This document shows, piece after piece, positions 51,955-64,000 of a DNA stretch of 64,000 bases (position 1 is the first letter of the stretch; every line of letters begins with the position of its first letter). Source of the stretch: Eledone cirrhosa. Lineage: Eukaryota. A program made the translations under genes and the position numbers. The DNA is taken from contig OZ024741.1 of the NCBI GenBank assembly GCA_964016885.1, forward strand, positions 132,618,001-132,682,000, written 5' to 3'. Below the pieces are notes generated by a model, which had not been told where the DNA came from, ran no database searches, and was given only the letters and a program-made list of their open reading frames with translations.

Positions 51955-53072
51955 AATTTTTTCATCCTATTTTTCATGTGCTATCAACTAATCCAATCTC
52001 CAAGATGCTTGAAACTGACTTTTTCCCCCCAGGAAAACGGCAGGGTGAGGTGGTTCCCCCTTCACCCAGATAACCCCTGCTTACTCGGAATTTTCTCTTT
52101 GATTCTATTTTCATGCGTTATGAGTGAATATGACTTCCAAACCAGTCAAAAACAACTAGCTTTGGAGAAAGAGGAGAGGGAGAGGGGAAGAGTTTTGCAG
52201 ATCTACACCCCACTCACATGTTGTGGGACTTAATCATTTTCGGTATATTTCCTATCCTATTTCCTATGCTATTTCCTATGCTATTTCTTGTTCTATTAAT
52301 TAATCTGACCTCCTAGATGCTTCCAATCAACTTATTTCCCCGGGTTGGGTTTAGGGTTGGGGTAATGTTTAGGGTTTAGTTTTAGGGTTGGGGTAAAGTT
52401 TAGGGTTTAGTTTTAGGGTTGGGGTAATGTTTAGGGTCTAGTTTTAGGGTTAGGCTAATGTTTAGGGTCTAGTTTTAGGGTTGGGGTAAAGTTTAGGGTT
52501 TAGTTTTAGGTTTGGGGTAAAGTTTAGGGTTTAGTTTTAGGTTTGGGGTAAAGTTTAGGGTTTAGTTTTAGGGTTGGGGTAATGTTTAGGGTTTAGTTTT
52601 ATGGTTGGGGTATAGTTTAGGGTTTAGTTTAAGGGTTGGGGTAATGTTTAGATTTAGATTTAGCTTGGTTTGGTTTAGATTTAGAGTTTAGAGTTGGGGC
52701 TAGATTTAATTTTGTTTAATTTAGTTTTAGTTTCCAAATCCCAGAAAAAAAAATTGATTCAGAGCAACTAAAAGGTCAGATTAGTTGATAGCACTCAAAA
52801 GGAGACCGAAGACAAATCATTAGGGTATATATCTACAAACGACAATGGTTTTTCTACCTGCTTTACCCCTCCTTTTTCCTAGAACAACTAATCATTTCCA
52901 ACTGGTTTTGAGGTCATATTCGTTGATAACATACAAAAAATCTTAGAGAAAACTCTGGGGTTAAATGAGAGAAGTGCATCCACGATAGTTTTCCATGAAG
53001 AGAGAGTCAATAACAAACATCTTGGAGTTCGGATTAGTTGATAACACATGAAAAAAAGATGATGAAAAAATG
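51955..53072. mobile_element. Fold-back element: ~350-400-bp diverged inverted arms around a telomere-like minisatellite
   Basis: Arms ~51955-52343 and ~52741-53072 (e.g. AATCTGACC/GGTCAGATT, AATATGACTTCCAAACCAG/CTGGTTTTGAGGTCATATT); core of ~30-bp units GGGTTGGGGTAATGTTTAGGGTTTAGTTTTA. Confidence 0.7.
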
Positions 53073-54623
53073 TTGGGTGTTATGTGGTGTGGAGTAGTGT
53101 GGTGTGTACTTATGTGGAGTGATGTAGTGAGGAGTGGTGTGTTGTGTTGTGGTGTTATGTGGAGTAGTGTGGTGTAGTGTTGTATGTTTTTATGTGGTGT
53201 GGTGAAGTGTGGTGCGATGTGGTGTGGTGCAGTGTGGTGTTGTGCAGTGCGGTGTTGTGCAGTGAGGTTCTTCATCTTTATCTTCTTCATCTTTGTATTC
53301 ATCTTCTTTGTTTTGTCTTCCATCTAAACAAAAAAATATATATATAAAACATATATATTTTTTTGTTTGGCTACATATATAAAACATATATGTAGCCAAT
53401 CTCTCAGACGTTTACAAAGCTCCAAGGAGATAAATTTAATATAAGTGGTATGTTCCTGAACAGAGATACTACAAAATAGCTTAAAAGCTATATATATATA
53501 TATAAATAAATATACACGGGTGTGTATGATTGTGTATCGAAGATTATATTAATAAAAGGAATTCCAACTTTGTCTGATTTACTCGTTTTATTTACAATCC
53601 TTTAAAATTATAATGGTATTAGAATGAAATAGTATGGTAGAATATTAAGTGTTAAGTGTTAATTGAACAAATAATTTCATGCTTTCGCAATCTTCAGGTT
53701 CATAGTTAAATGAACAATAATAATTCTTAGGGGTATAAAATCCCTTGAAAATGTTATTTACATCATTTCTAAAAATAGCAAAACAATTGATTCTTTGGAT
53801 AGAGCCAAATAGAAGTCGTTAAACATGCTCAACCAACCATGACGCCTAAACCAATCAGCTTCAGTAATCCAGTGAAACTACACACCAATTGGTCGAAATA
53901 AAGTTTGCAAAATGTAGCATTCTGTAGCCGCTTTTCACTGTATATAAGGCACAAAATTTACCCATCTCATTACAGTTGAAAATTGCAAACTTGACTGTCA
54001 CCACAGAATATGAACCTGAAGATTGCGAATTTATATTAACTTGTATTTCACGGCTCAGAAATACTTCTTTCTTTGAGCTAATTAATTGTAAATGACTGTT
54101 TGAGCTTAAAACTCTAAATATAATATAATATTACGGCTCCTTCGGTAGAGCTAATTTTTAATCCCATATAAACGGCTGTTATTTCTAGCGCCATGAATAT
54201 GAGATAGCTAGTGAGCTGGAAAAACCTCATGCGTTTTGTGCTCGTGAACCAGACCTTCAAATTTTTTCGAGGTGAAGTAACCTAATTTTTCTGAGTACCT
54301 GTTGAAAAGCACAGAAAATTGATATTACTGGTTGGTTGTTTGTTCTATGTGTGTGTGTGTTTTCATTTTGTCCTTAATTGTAAGTTGTGATGTTGCTGTT
54401 CCACTCATATTTTCTATTTAATTTTGGTTGTAATTCTTTTATGTTTATTGCCTCTGTAATTTGTCTAAACATTGCGTCTTTTCTCTACGAGCTGTCTCAC
54501 CTATGTACATTATATTTTTGCCTCTACATTGTCCTTCAGTACATCTTATGCTATACACTACATTTCTAGTTTTACAGTTAATATGGGGGCTTATTTTACA
54601 GGTTACACATTTCTTATCTATAC

Positions 54624-56456
54624 ATGAGGGTCTTTGGAAAGGGTATGTCTTGCAACTACAGACTGTCCTACTTCCTCTCCCTGATCATACGCCCCATCAT
54701 TGAAATGTCCCCAGATGTATGTGACAGCACGGAGGACCTCCTCAGCAGAATCGGCGTGAGTAACCGATCTGGGGACCTAACAAACTGCATAATAGGCAGT
54801 ATGGATGTTGTGTCCCTGTATCCATCTATTGACGTGGATTTTGCTATGGAGAAATGCGTAGAAATGATCAGTGAGAGCAAGGTTGAGTTCCGTGGGATTG
54901 ATACCAGTGAGCTGGGACTCCTACTTAAGCTTACCTATAGTAATAGTTACCTAGACACTTATGACCTTAGCAACCCGTGCCCTACAAGACCAGCAAGAGG
55001 CAGACCACCTACCATTACCTCAATGGCCAAGAAAACCCACACAGATAGATGGAACGGGTGGACCAGAGCCATACGGACACCCGAAAACCACAATGAACTG
55101 AAGAAAATGATTGCACATGCGGTAGGGGCCAGCATAAAACTAACCCTTAAGGAACATATGTTCAAATTTAATGGAAAAACATATGCCCAAGAGGAAGGAG
55201 CAGCCATTGGTGTTAGCATTGCAGGCGACATAGATAACTTATTCATGGTATGGTGGGACAGTAGACTTAAACTTAAACCTAAAGAACAATTAGAAGACCC
55301 CTTAACCCTGATAATGTACTCCCGCTACGTAGATGATATAAACATCGTAGTTAAGACACCCCCACTAGAGAACAGTCAGGAACTAGAGAAAAACACAATG
55401 GAAAGCATCCAGCAAATAGCAAACTCCATCCACCAGAGCATTAGAGTTACTATAGACTACCCAAGTAAACACCCCAACCATCGATTACCTGTACTAGACA
55501 CAGAGCTCTGGTTAGATACTATTAACAACAAAAAACAAATCCTCCATTCCCATTATGCCAAACCCATGACTTCCAAACATCTGATCCACCGAAACTCGGC
55601 CATTTCGGACCATACCAAAATCAACATACTGATTGCGGATTTGGTACGGGTGATGAGAAATGTGTCCCGCATGTGCAACCCCGAAGAACTAGAGAGACAC
55701 ATACAACACTTCATCCACCGTATGCAGTTCTCTGACTACAATCAGAGAGATAGAATCAGAGTGTATAGAGGAGCCAGAACCAAATGGGAAAAAATGGTAA
55801 ATAATGACACAAATGGGACCTGCCCCTTGTATAGGAGCAAATTTTGGAATAGAATAGAAAGAACTAGGAACAAGGCTAATAGAATAAACTCATGGTATGA
55901 TAGCAATAAATACCAGAGTGTAATGTTCATCGATACAACCCCTAGAGGTGAACTAGCTTACAAATTTAGAAGGGCCCTAAATAAACATAAACTCAATATT
56001 AAGATAGTAGAAAGACCAGGTACCTCCGTAAAAACACTTATTAGCAAGACATACCCTTTCCAAAGACCCTCATGTATAGATAAGAAATGTGTAACCTGTA
56101 AAATAAGCCCCCATATTAACTGTAAAACTAGAAATGTAGTGTATAGCATAAGATGTACTGAAGGACAATGTAGAGACAAAAATATAATGTACATAGGTGA
56201 GACAGCTCGTAGTGTAGGGGAACGGATAAATGAACACTGGCGAGACCTTCAAGATAATAAAGAATCATCTGTACTCTACCAACATGCTAAGATAGAACAC
56301 AAGGGTAAATTAGAGAACATAGAAATAAAAATAGAATCTACACACAGAAAAGACGCAATGTTTAGACAAATTACAGAGGCAATAAACATAAAAGAATTAC
56401 AACCAAAATTAAATAGAAAATATGAGTGGAACAGCAACATCACAACTTACAATTAA
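54624..56456 (+). CDS. PLE reverse transcriptase + C-terminal GIY-YIG endonuclease (N-terminus truncated; first ~10 aa come from the inverted segment)
   Basis: SMDVVSLYPSI, GAAIG, RYVDDI, LPVLD, HYAKP, C..C..C linker, NVVYSIRC, YIGETARS..ERINEH, RQITEA. Confidence 0.9.
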   Translation: MRVFGKGMSCNYRLSYFLSLIIRPIIEMSPDVCDSTEDLLSRIGVSNRSGDLTNCIIGSMDVVSLYPSIDVDFAMEKCVEMISESKVEFRGIDTSELGLLLKLTYSNSYLDTYDLSNPCPTRPARGRPPTITSMAKKTHTDRWNGWTRAIRTPENHNELKKMIAHAVGASIKLTLKEHMFKFNGKTYAQEEGAAIGVSIAGDIDNLFMVWWDSRLKLKPKEQLEDPLTLIMYSRYVDDINIVVKTPPLENSQELEKNTMESIQQIANSIHQSIRVTIDYPSKHPNHRLPVLDTELWLDTINNKKQILHSHYAKPMTSKHLIHRNSAISDHTKINILIADLVRVMRNVSRMCNPEELERHIQHFIHRMQFSDYNQRDRIRVYRGARTKWEKMVNNDTNGTCPLYRSKFWNRIERTRNKANRINSWYDSNKYQSVMFIDTTPRGELAYKFRRALNKHKLNIKIVERPGTSVKTLISKTYPFQRPSCIDKKCVTCKISPHINCKTRNVVYSIRCTEGQCRDKNIMYIGETARSVGERINEHWRDLQDNKESSVLYQHAKIEHKGKLENIEIKIESTHRKDAMFRQITEAINIKELQPKLNRKYEWNSNITTYN

Positions 56457-56656
56457 GGACAAAATGAAAACACACACACACATAGAACAAACAACCAACC
56501 AGTAACATGTAAATAAACAAATAGATAAATGAACATAAACACACACAGACACCCGGATGTGGCGCATGCGCAGACTGAGCACACAACACACACACAGAAA
56601 CAAAATGGCGTAGGACAGAACAAAGGAGGGGCACAGAAACAAAGAAAGGAATCCCC

Positions 56657-56701
56657 AGTCACTGAAGAGGTCACAGAGTGTGTGACGAAAGAACTATGAC
56701 T
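56657..56701 (+). ncRNA. Minimal type-I hammerhead ribozyme motif
   Basis: AGTCA-CTGAAGA-G-GTCACA(GAGTG)TGTGAC-GAAA-GAAC-TA-TGACT: stem I 5 bp, intact core, stem II 6 bp, stem III reduced to one A-U pair. Confidence 0.75.
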
Positions 56702-57289
56702 ATATATAAACAACTATCTGGTTGTGGAACCAACCAACCAACCAGAAATTTATAAATTTGTAAATTTATAAATATATAATAAATTGAAGTGAAAGCAACT
56801 GGTGCGTGTGTTTCTTATTGGCAACATGACCCTCCCAAAGTATAACAATATCGGTTTCAACACACGATTTCAGATAAAGAATCTTGCTAAACAAATTCAG
56901 AAACGAAATATATATATATGAATGATAGAAAGAAGAGAAAAAAAACGAGACCCTTAGAAACGAATAAGAGTCATCAAAGCGATCATATGTATTGCTTTAA
57001 ACTGTAATGCGAAGGGATACACTAGTATTTGAGGTACCATCATTTGGGATTTTAACCCTCGGACTTTTCCCTCCCGGTTTTGAAATTTAGGGGTGACTGT
57101 GAATATTACATAATGTAGGGATTTTCTTTTACTTTTCTATCATTTTTTATTTATGTATTTATATATTTATTTATCTACTCTCGTGATTGATATTCCGACA
57201 AATGTTAGGGGTGTATTTTGGTTTTTTATTATGTCAGGTATAGCATCCAAAAAATTCTCCCTTCCCCCAATATATAATATATACAAACA

Positions 57290-57365
57290 CAATGTCCCCA
57301 AAAATGTATATACACTTCAACAGCAAAGTAATCAAAGTGTGTATATATTTTGGAGGGGACACCGT
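57290..57365. mobile_element. Tc1/mariner-type mini-MITE
   Basis: TGTCCCCAAAAATGTATATACACTT ... AAGTGTGTATATATTTTGGAGGGGACA imperfect TIRs. Confidence 0.55.
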
Positions 57366-58279
57366 GTGTGTATATATATATGTGGGTGTGTGTATGTGTA
57401 ACTAGTAAAACTGTAAAAACGCAGCGGTATATTCTAATTTGGCGCTTTTAAGGGCCACCTATATTTTCATTTAAGTAACTCCACTTACATCTATTTGCTT
57501 TAATAAAAAAAATTTTTTTAAAAACGCGTGAAAAAAAAAAATAAAATTTCATTTAAGTAACTCCACTTACGCGTGGTAGTATACGGAAATAACCGATGTT
57601 TTGCTTTCATCAGCTGTTTCAACTGACAGCTAATAGCGTTGTAGTGCCAAACAATCAGCCGTGTGTGATTTGAAACAAAAAAGAGAAGATTTCATTGGTA
57701 TTTCTAGCAGGATGAAAGACCACATAAAGGCTCCTCCTTCCTCGTCGATATCTAGTTAATATTTTGTTGGGTGATACGTTTTGATTAACCATCAACTATT
57801 TACAATTGAAACAATTTCTGAAGGTATTAATATATGCCAGGGACTTTCAACTTTTGTTACCGGCGTCATTTAGACAAGCGGGAAACAATATCAACGACAC
57901 CGCTTACCTTTTATCCTTATTATTTCAATTCACACACTTATCTCTCAGGCATGTAATATAAATATATAATACATATATAATATAATATGACTGTACGCTA
58001 TATAAAAATGGAAAAGTAAAATATCATATGACCGTAATTAATCAAACAATTTATTACACGCATTAAAGGATGAAACATCGATATTGCATCTAATATTTTA
58101 TCGCCACATAAATTCCAAAAGTAAGTACTACACGATTTTTGTTATTGCAATCAGTTGTGTAATATTAAAAAAATAAAAAAACAAGCTATTTATTGTTTAA
58201 ATTTTAAACAATAAATAGCTTCTTTTTTTCTTTTTTTTACAAATATATTGCATATGTATATTAAGCATTTATATAGACA

Positions 58280-58979
58280 TGTAACGGAATATTATGTGTG
58301 GTTGTAACGATAAGTGGATGGATGGATGTAACTGTTGGTATGGTGGTTTCGATGTAAAGAAAAATACCAGGATTGTGTTGTTACAAAGTTTATTTTATTA
58401 TAACAATATTCAATTTGAATATTGAATGATAAAATCAATGACAAAATATTCATACAATAATTTGGTGGCTCTTCGAGCCACGTAAATTCAAGTATCACAG
58501 AATACGATTATAATATGTGTAAACAGAAATGAATGGTGCGTGTACAAATGCTGGACTCACTATGAATTGCGTGTTAGCGGCGTATCAGTATATTTACTTA
58601 TTTGTATTGCAGGAGTCAGCGATCAGCCAGGAAGGTGAGAATAAGTGGCAGACTGGTTTTTCGTGACGAGGGCTTGTAAATGCGACCTGTCTTGTCTGTA
58701 TATCACTTCTTTTTATTCGAGGCGTAAACAATCCCTGTATTTATAAGAGTTGAAGTTAGAAGGATAGATATATCCTCTGAACTTTGGTTAGTCTCCCAAG
58801 GGATTAGTTTGCCAAGCGTAAACAAGTCAGAAAGATGGATATATCCTCTGACCTATTTTCTGTCAGGCGTAAACACCTCTGACCTGTGTTTAGCCTCTCT
58901 TGAGCGTAAACAAGTTACCACGGCTTGTCCCAGAGGCGGGAAAGCTCAGATTCGGTTTCGAATCTTCGCCGCCGTTATA
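58280..58979. mobile_element. Solo LTR (700 bp)
   Basis: TGTAACGG...CCGTTATA termini; 4-bp TSD GACA (58276-58279, 58980-58983). Confidence 0.78.
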
Positions 58980-60029
58980 GACATCTATAATAAAGACATA
59001 TAGACATCTATGAGATTGTGTAGATTCTACACAATCTCATAGATGTCTTTATTCTTATTGGCAAAATCACATTCTTTGTTACTAATGATAAACTAACATC
59101 ATCACCATCATTGTTTAATGTCCACTTTCTCTGCTAGTAAGGTTTGGATGTGTCATCACAGACTGATGGTGGGGGGCGCTGAGGGTATTACGTGGCCGTG
59201 AGGAGGGCGGTAGCCCTAAAAGTTTGAGAACCTCTGATGTAACGTATCATGTGTTTTAGATTAACACTGTTGTGCTTGCAGTTGTATAACAAAAAAGGTC
59301 CTACGTATTATCATAGGATCCATAAGCGAGGTGGTGCATCGGATTTTCCCAGCCTCAGGGTTTTCTTCGGTGGGAATTTTTTATTTTCTAGGTTTTTTCA
59401 TTTGTTTTCAACTAATCTGATTTCAGACATGCTTACAATCGACTTTTTACCCCTGGAAACAGGAGGGGGTCCCTCGGAGATACAGATAGGTTTTCAGCGA
59501 ATTTGACTTTTAAAACCGTTGAAAATTATTCGTTTTCTTAATTAACTTTACCTCACAACAAATGTTGGAAGGTGGGGGCAAAATGAAAGTAATAGTGGAA
59601 ATGAAAAACATTTAAAATACTTTATGCAGTTTTTAGTCTCTTTCGTCTTTTTCGGATTCTGAATTTTCCTTGTGAAAATACACCCCCGTCCCACCACCCC
59701 CACCCCATCCACACCGCCCCCTTCTATGTAAAGTTATGTTGGTGCCACACCATCCAGGCCGAAACAAATGAGATCGTGTAGGTGTCACGACAAAAAAACA
59801 CACAGTCCACGCTGTAATGTGGCCGTGTAGGCAACACGGTAAAAACCTCCCAGACCCACACTGTAAATGTGGTTGGTGTTAGGAAGGGCATCCAACTGTA
59901 GAAAACCTGCCAGACAGTCCTATGCGAGCAAGACAATCACTCTTGCCTCAAGTGGGAATACCCCCGTCCAAACCCATGCAAGCGTGGAACACGGACGTTA
60001 AACGTTGATGATGATGATGATGATGATCT

Positions 60030-60420
60030 GAGAGAGGTGGATATAGTTTGGCAGCCTCAACAAAGAATTTGTGTAATGCATGGTCTTCATCTTCATAGAA
60101 AGACATAAATAAATATTTAACCAAATACTGCTCCAAATATTTTGACCAAATGCTTGGTCTGTGTATTGACTGTGTGTTTTTATTTGTCTTATGTACAAAA
60201 TGTTCAGGGTGGTTTACAGCTATATGCTTATAACCATAACTCTTGATATTTTTGTATGCAGTCCAAGAATCACGAAGTAATTGAGCCAGGTTGAATATAT
60301 TTTTGGATGAGAGGAACAAGTGTACTTCTCTATCCTGCTTCTTACCATGTAAATTAACCGCAAAATGATGTTTGCTAATTGATTCCATCACACTAAACAA
60401 CCAAAGGTAGCACTCGTTAC
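60030..60420 (-). pseudogene. Merlin/IS1595-family DDE transposase relic
   Basis: DSWTAYKNIKSYGYKHIAVNHPEHFV...NTQSI...YL..YLF resembles the Merlin D.W.AY..L...GY.H..VNH...FV..TQ.IE pattern. Confidence 0.7.
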
Positions 60421-60529
60421 TGTTACTATTACTACTTAAGTTACTATTTCTTCTACCTGGAGCAACTCCCTGTTCTCTGAGTTACACAATATTGAATAAC
60501 ATTCCTCCAAACACCCATTGGAAGAAATT

Positions 60530-61387
60530 TACCATATATACTCGAATATAAGTCTAACACCTATTTTATGTCTGAGAAATGGGCAAAAATCCAATCCCCG
60601 GATATAAACTATGACAGCTAATCAACACATTATGGTACGGTTTTGAAATTCTCATATTTATGAAGTTGTAATATTTTGATATTTAAAATGTTTTAAGTAT
60701 CATTTACAGTATGGTTTTTGTTTCACAAATCCACTATGTACAAAAACCCCAAGTGAAAATAAGACAACCCTCTCCTACATTTTTAGAAAATTTTATTTCT
60801 TTATAATTAGAAAATAAAAAAAGCATGAGAAAACTCTAAATTAATATAATATCAAGAAATGGAGATATATTTTTAGTTTAAGGTATTATTTAAAAAAAAA
60901 AAAGATTTTCTTCAACCGTCATGGAGATCATTAAAAACACTAGGGGGAGATTGAAATGAATAGGGAATAGTAACTAAGAGACAGCAAGCGAGAAATATTG
61001 AGGGAAAGAGAGAGAGCGAGTAAAATAAAACAAAACAAGATTGAAAGAAAAAGTATTATTAAGTCACAGAGAAAACATGTATGCATCTACATGTATGTAT
61101 GCACATGTGTTGGGGATATTTATGTATTAGATAGTTCAAATAATAAAATTTTTCAGGAATGTTCTCAATGCAATTTATAAATAAATCTTAAAGCTATATG
61201 GTAAATGTAGAAAAATAGTGTTTGATTGTGAAATAATCTCTCGAGATATTTTAGCACCTTATTTAAGTAGAATTTGAAGTTGGTAAAAATTGTTAAAATA
61301 TTGACCCCGAATATAAGCTGACACCCCTTTTACCTTTTTTGTTTTTTTGTTACATACACCTCGGCTTATATTCAAGTATATACGGTA
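60530..61387. mobile_element. Tc2/pogo-like non-autonomous element upstream of the ZNF gene
   Basis: TACCATATATACTCGAATATAAG ... CTTATATTCAAGTATATACGGTA TIRs; homologous sequence upstream of the 25-kb paralog. Confidence 0.6.
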
Positions 61388-62077
61388 TTTCAGCTACTTG
61401 TATTTGTCATCATATTTGGTCATTACCCAAAATTCATTACCATAGGTAAAAGCATGAATACTGAATTAAACATAGCAAGTTTGGCTTTTACACCTATCTC
61501 CTTTCTTCTGAGGATCAAATGCTGAAGCTGGCACAGCACCAGCTCCTACAATTTTGCACTTTTCAGTCTATCCTACAATTCAGCCTATTGCTTTCCATCA
61601 CTTGCAAAAATCCTTACCATTGTGAAATATGTGGAAAATCATTTACTAAAGATTCTAATCATTACCTTCTTTCCACCATTCTAACATCTCTGCCAATTCA
61701 CTGCCTATCTGTTTCTTATACTGTTCTCTCTTATTTCAGAATATCAGAAGACATCATCAATAAAGTGTGTTTTTACATCACAAGCATCATCAGTATTTAT
61801 CATCTTTTAAAGACTATATGAGATGTTATACAGAACACATATAAACCTGTTTGTATAAATCTATGAATTACTTTAAACTGAGATTGTTTGCAATATTTCA
61901 CTATTTACGTTACTACCTGGTATGTGTACAAAATGGGTTTGTATTCTAAATGAAATTGGATAAATTTACAAAGGAGTTTGCAACATTTTCAAATATAAAC
62001 AAAGACCACAATTGATGGAAATATAGAACAAAAATATCCATATATTTTGGGAAGAGAAACAAGTTATAGAAAACTAA

Positions 62078-63224
<1,147 letters not shown>

Positions 63225-63429
63225 TAGAAACCATATTACTATAATATTGATGGCAAATCATTCCCTCAAAAGTAAAAGTTAACAAAGCACAAACGTATTC
63301 ATACTGGGAAGAAACCATAACATTGTGATATCTTTGGTAAATCATTCTCTCAAAATTGGAATTTAACTGTGATATCTGTGGTAAAATGTTCTCTCATTCA
63401 ACAAATCACAAATGTATTCATACATACCT

Positions 63430-64000
63430 GGTCTACGAACACCTGAGTAACAACAGACTGTATGCAGAAGTTTCAGATGTAACTGCAACCCAGATTGAAT
63501 AACACGTCAACACCATCTGGTCTGACATCTGCAGAAGGAGACAACTTCCCAATAAATGTAGGAATAAATTCATCACTAGAAATAGTAGACTGTCCATATT
63601 CTACTACCTCATTTAGACCCATAAAAATAGTATTAAACTCCAGATTAGACCCATTGTTTCCAGCATAGAAGCCCCCCTATATAAAATTTCCTGGCTCCTC
63701 TCCCAGATCCTCAAACCTATATTCTCCACCTTTCCCATGCCTGTCAGTAGCTCCAAAGAAGTAATATAGAGACTTCACCAACTTAGATTCAATAGATACA
63801 CTTTTAGCCTTGATGTTGTCTCCCTCTATACTACAGTACCCACTCACCCAGCAGTCAACCTATTGACTGACTGCATAATCTCATCCAACATGTACTGCTA
63901 TAGTTTCCACTCAGCAGACATACACCAGCTCCTAACCATCACGGTAGATAAAACCTACTTCACCTTCCACCACCACACATACAGACAAACAACAGGACTA
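63430..64000 (+). pseudogene. Penelope-like RT relic (third PLE lineage), runs off the window end
   Basis: FYYLI*THK..IRPIVSSIEAPLYKISWLLSQIL..FSLDVVSLYTTVP...YFTF...YRQTTGL. Confidence 0.8.

Larger units (their letters stand above)
54325..56905 (+). mobile_element. Penelope-like retroelement, 5' truncated, with an inverted 5' segment and hammerhead-bearing 3' region
   Basis: 54325-54653 is the reverse complement of 56044-56505 with an internal deletion; RT+GIY-YIG ORF; 3' end defined by homology with 13358-13625. Confidence 0.9.

Noticed and set aside
52341-52700. True telomere
   Set aside because: Degenerate ~30-bp units, interstitial, enclosed by inverted arms
56456-56650. SECIS element in the PLE 3' UTR
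   Set aside because: No convincing AUGA/GA kink-turn stem by eye and no in-frame TGA in the ORF
57838-59236. hAT/Charlie-like element spanning the LTR (CAGGG...TTGAGAACCTCTG)
   Set aside because: Termini only weakly match and there is no convincing 8-bp TSD

Overview
Eukaryotic, AT-rich, repeat-dominated window. It is most likely a coleoid cephalopod (octopus-like), inferred from the tandem [14 protein letters not shown]2H2 arrays, the SINE types and the RTE/Penelope content. Host-gene content is limited to two paralogous C2H2 zinc-finger loci: a decayed copy at ~25.0-26.0 kb and an 11-finger ORF at 62.1-63.1 kb. The rest is nested mobile DNA: an R4/Dong-like LINE, a Hero/NeSL-like relic, several RTE LINEs (one with a ~1011-aa EN+RT ORF carrying a PHD-like finger inside the RT), CR1 ends, at least three Penelope-like element (PLE) lineages, three solo LTRs with 4-bp TSDs, Helitron derivatives, MITEs, Merlin and mariner relics, two SINE families and large micro/minisatellites. 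The most notable hidden layer is a set of minimal type-I hammerhead ribozyme motifs. One is well formed and lies in the 3' repeat of a PLE with an RT+GIY-YIG ORF (56657-56701); several degenerate ones are scattered through the window. They occur alongside many fold-back (inverted) duplications and a non-coding, direct-repeat-bounded retrozyme-like unit. All calls were made by eye, with no database searches or folding programs; boundaries are approximate unless TSDs are quoted.
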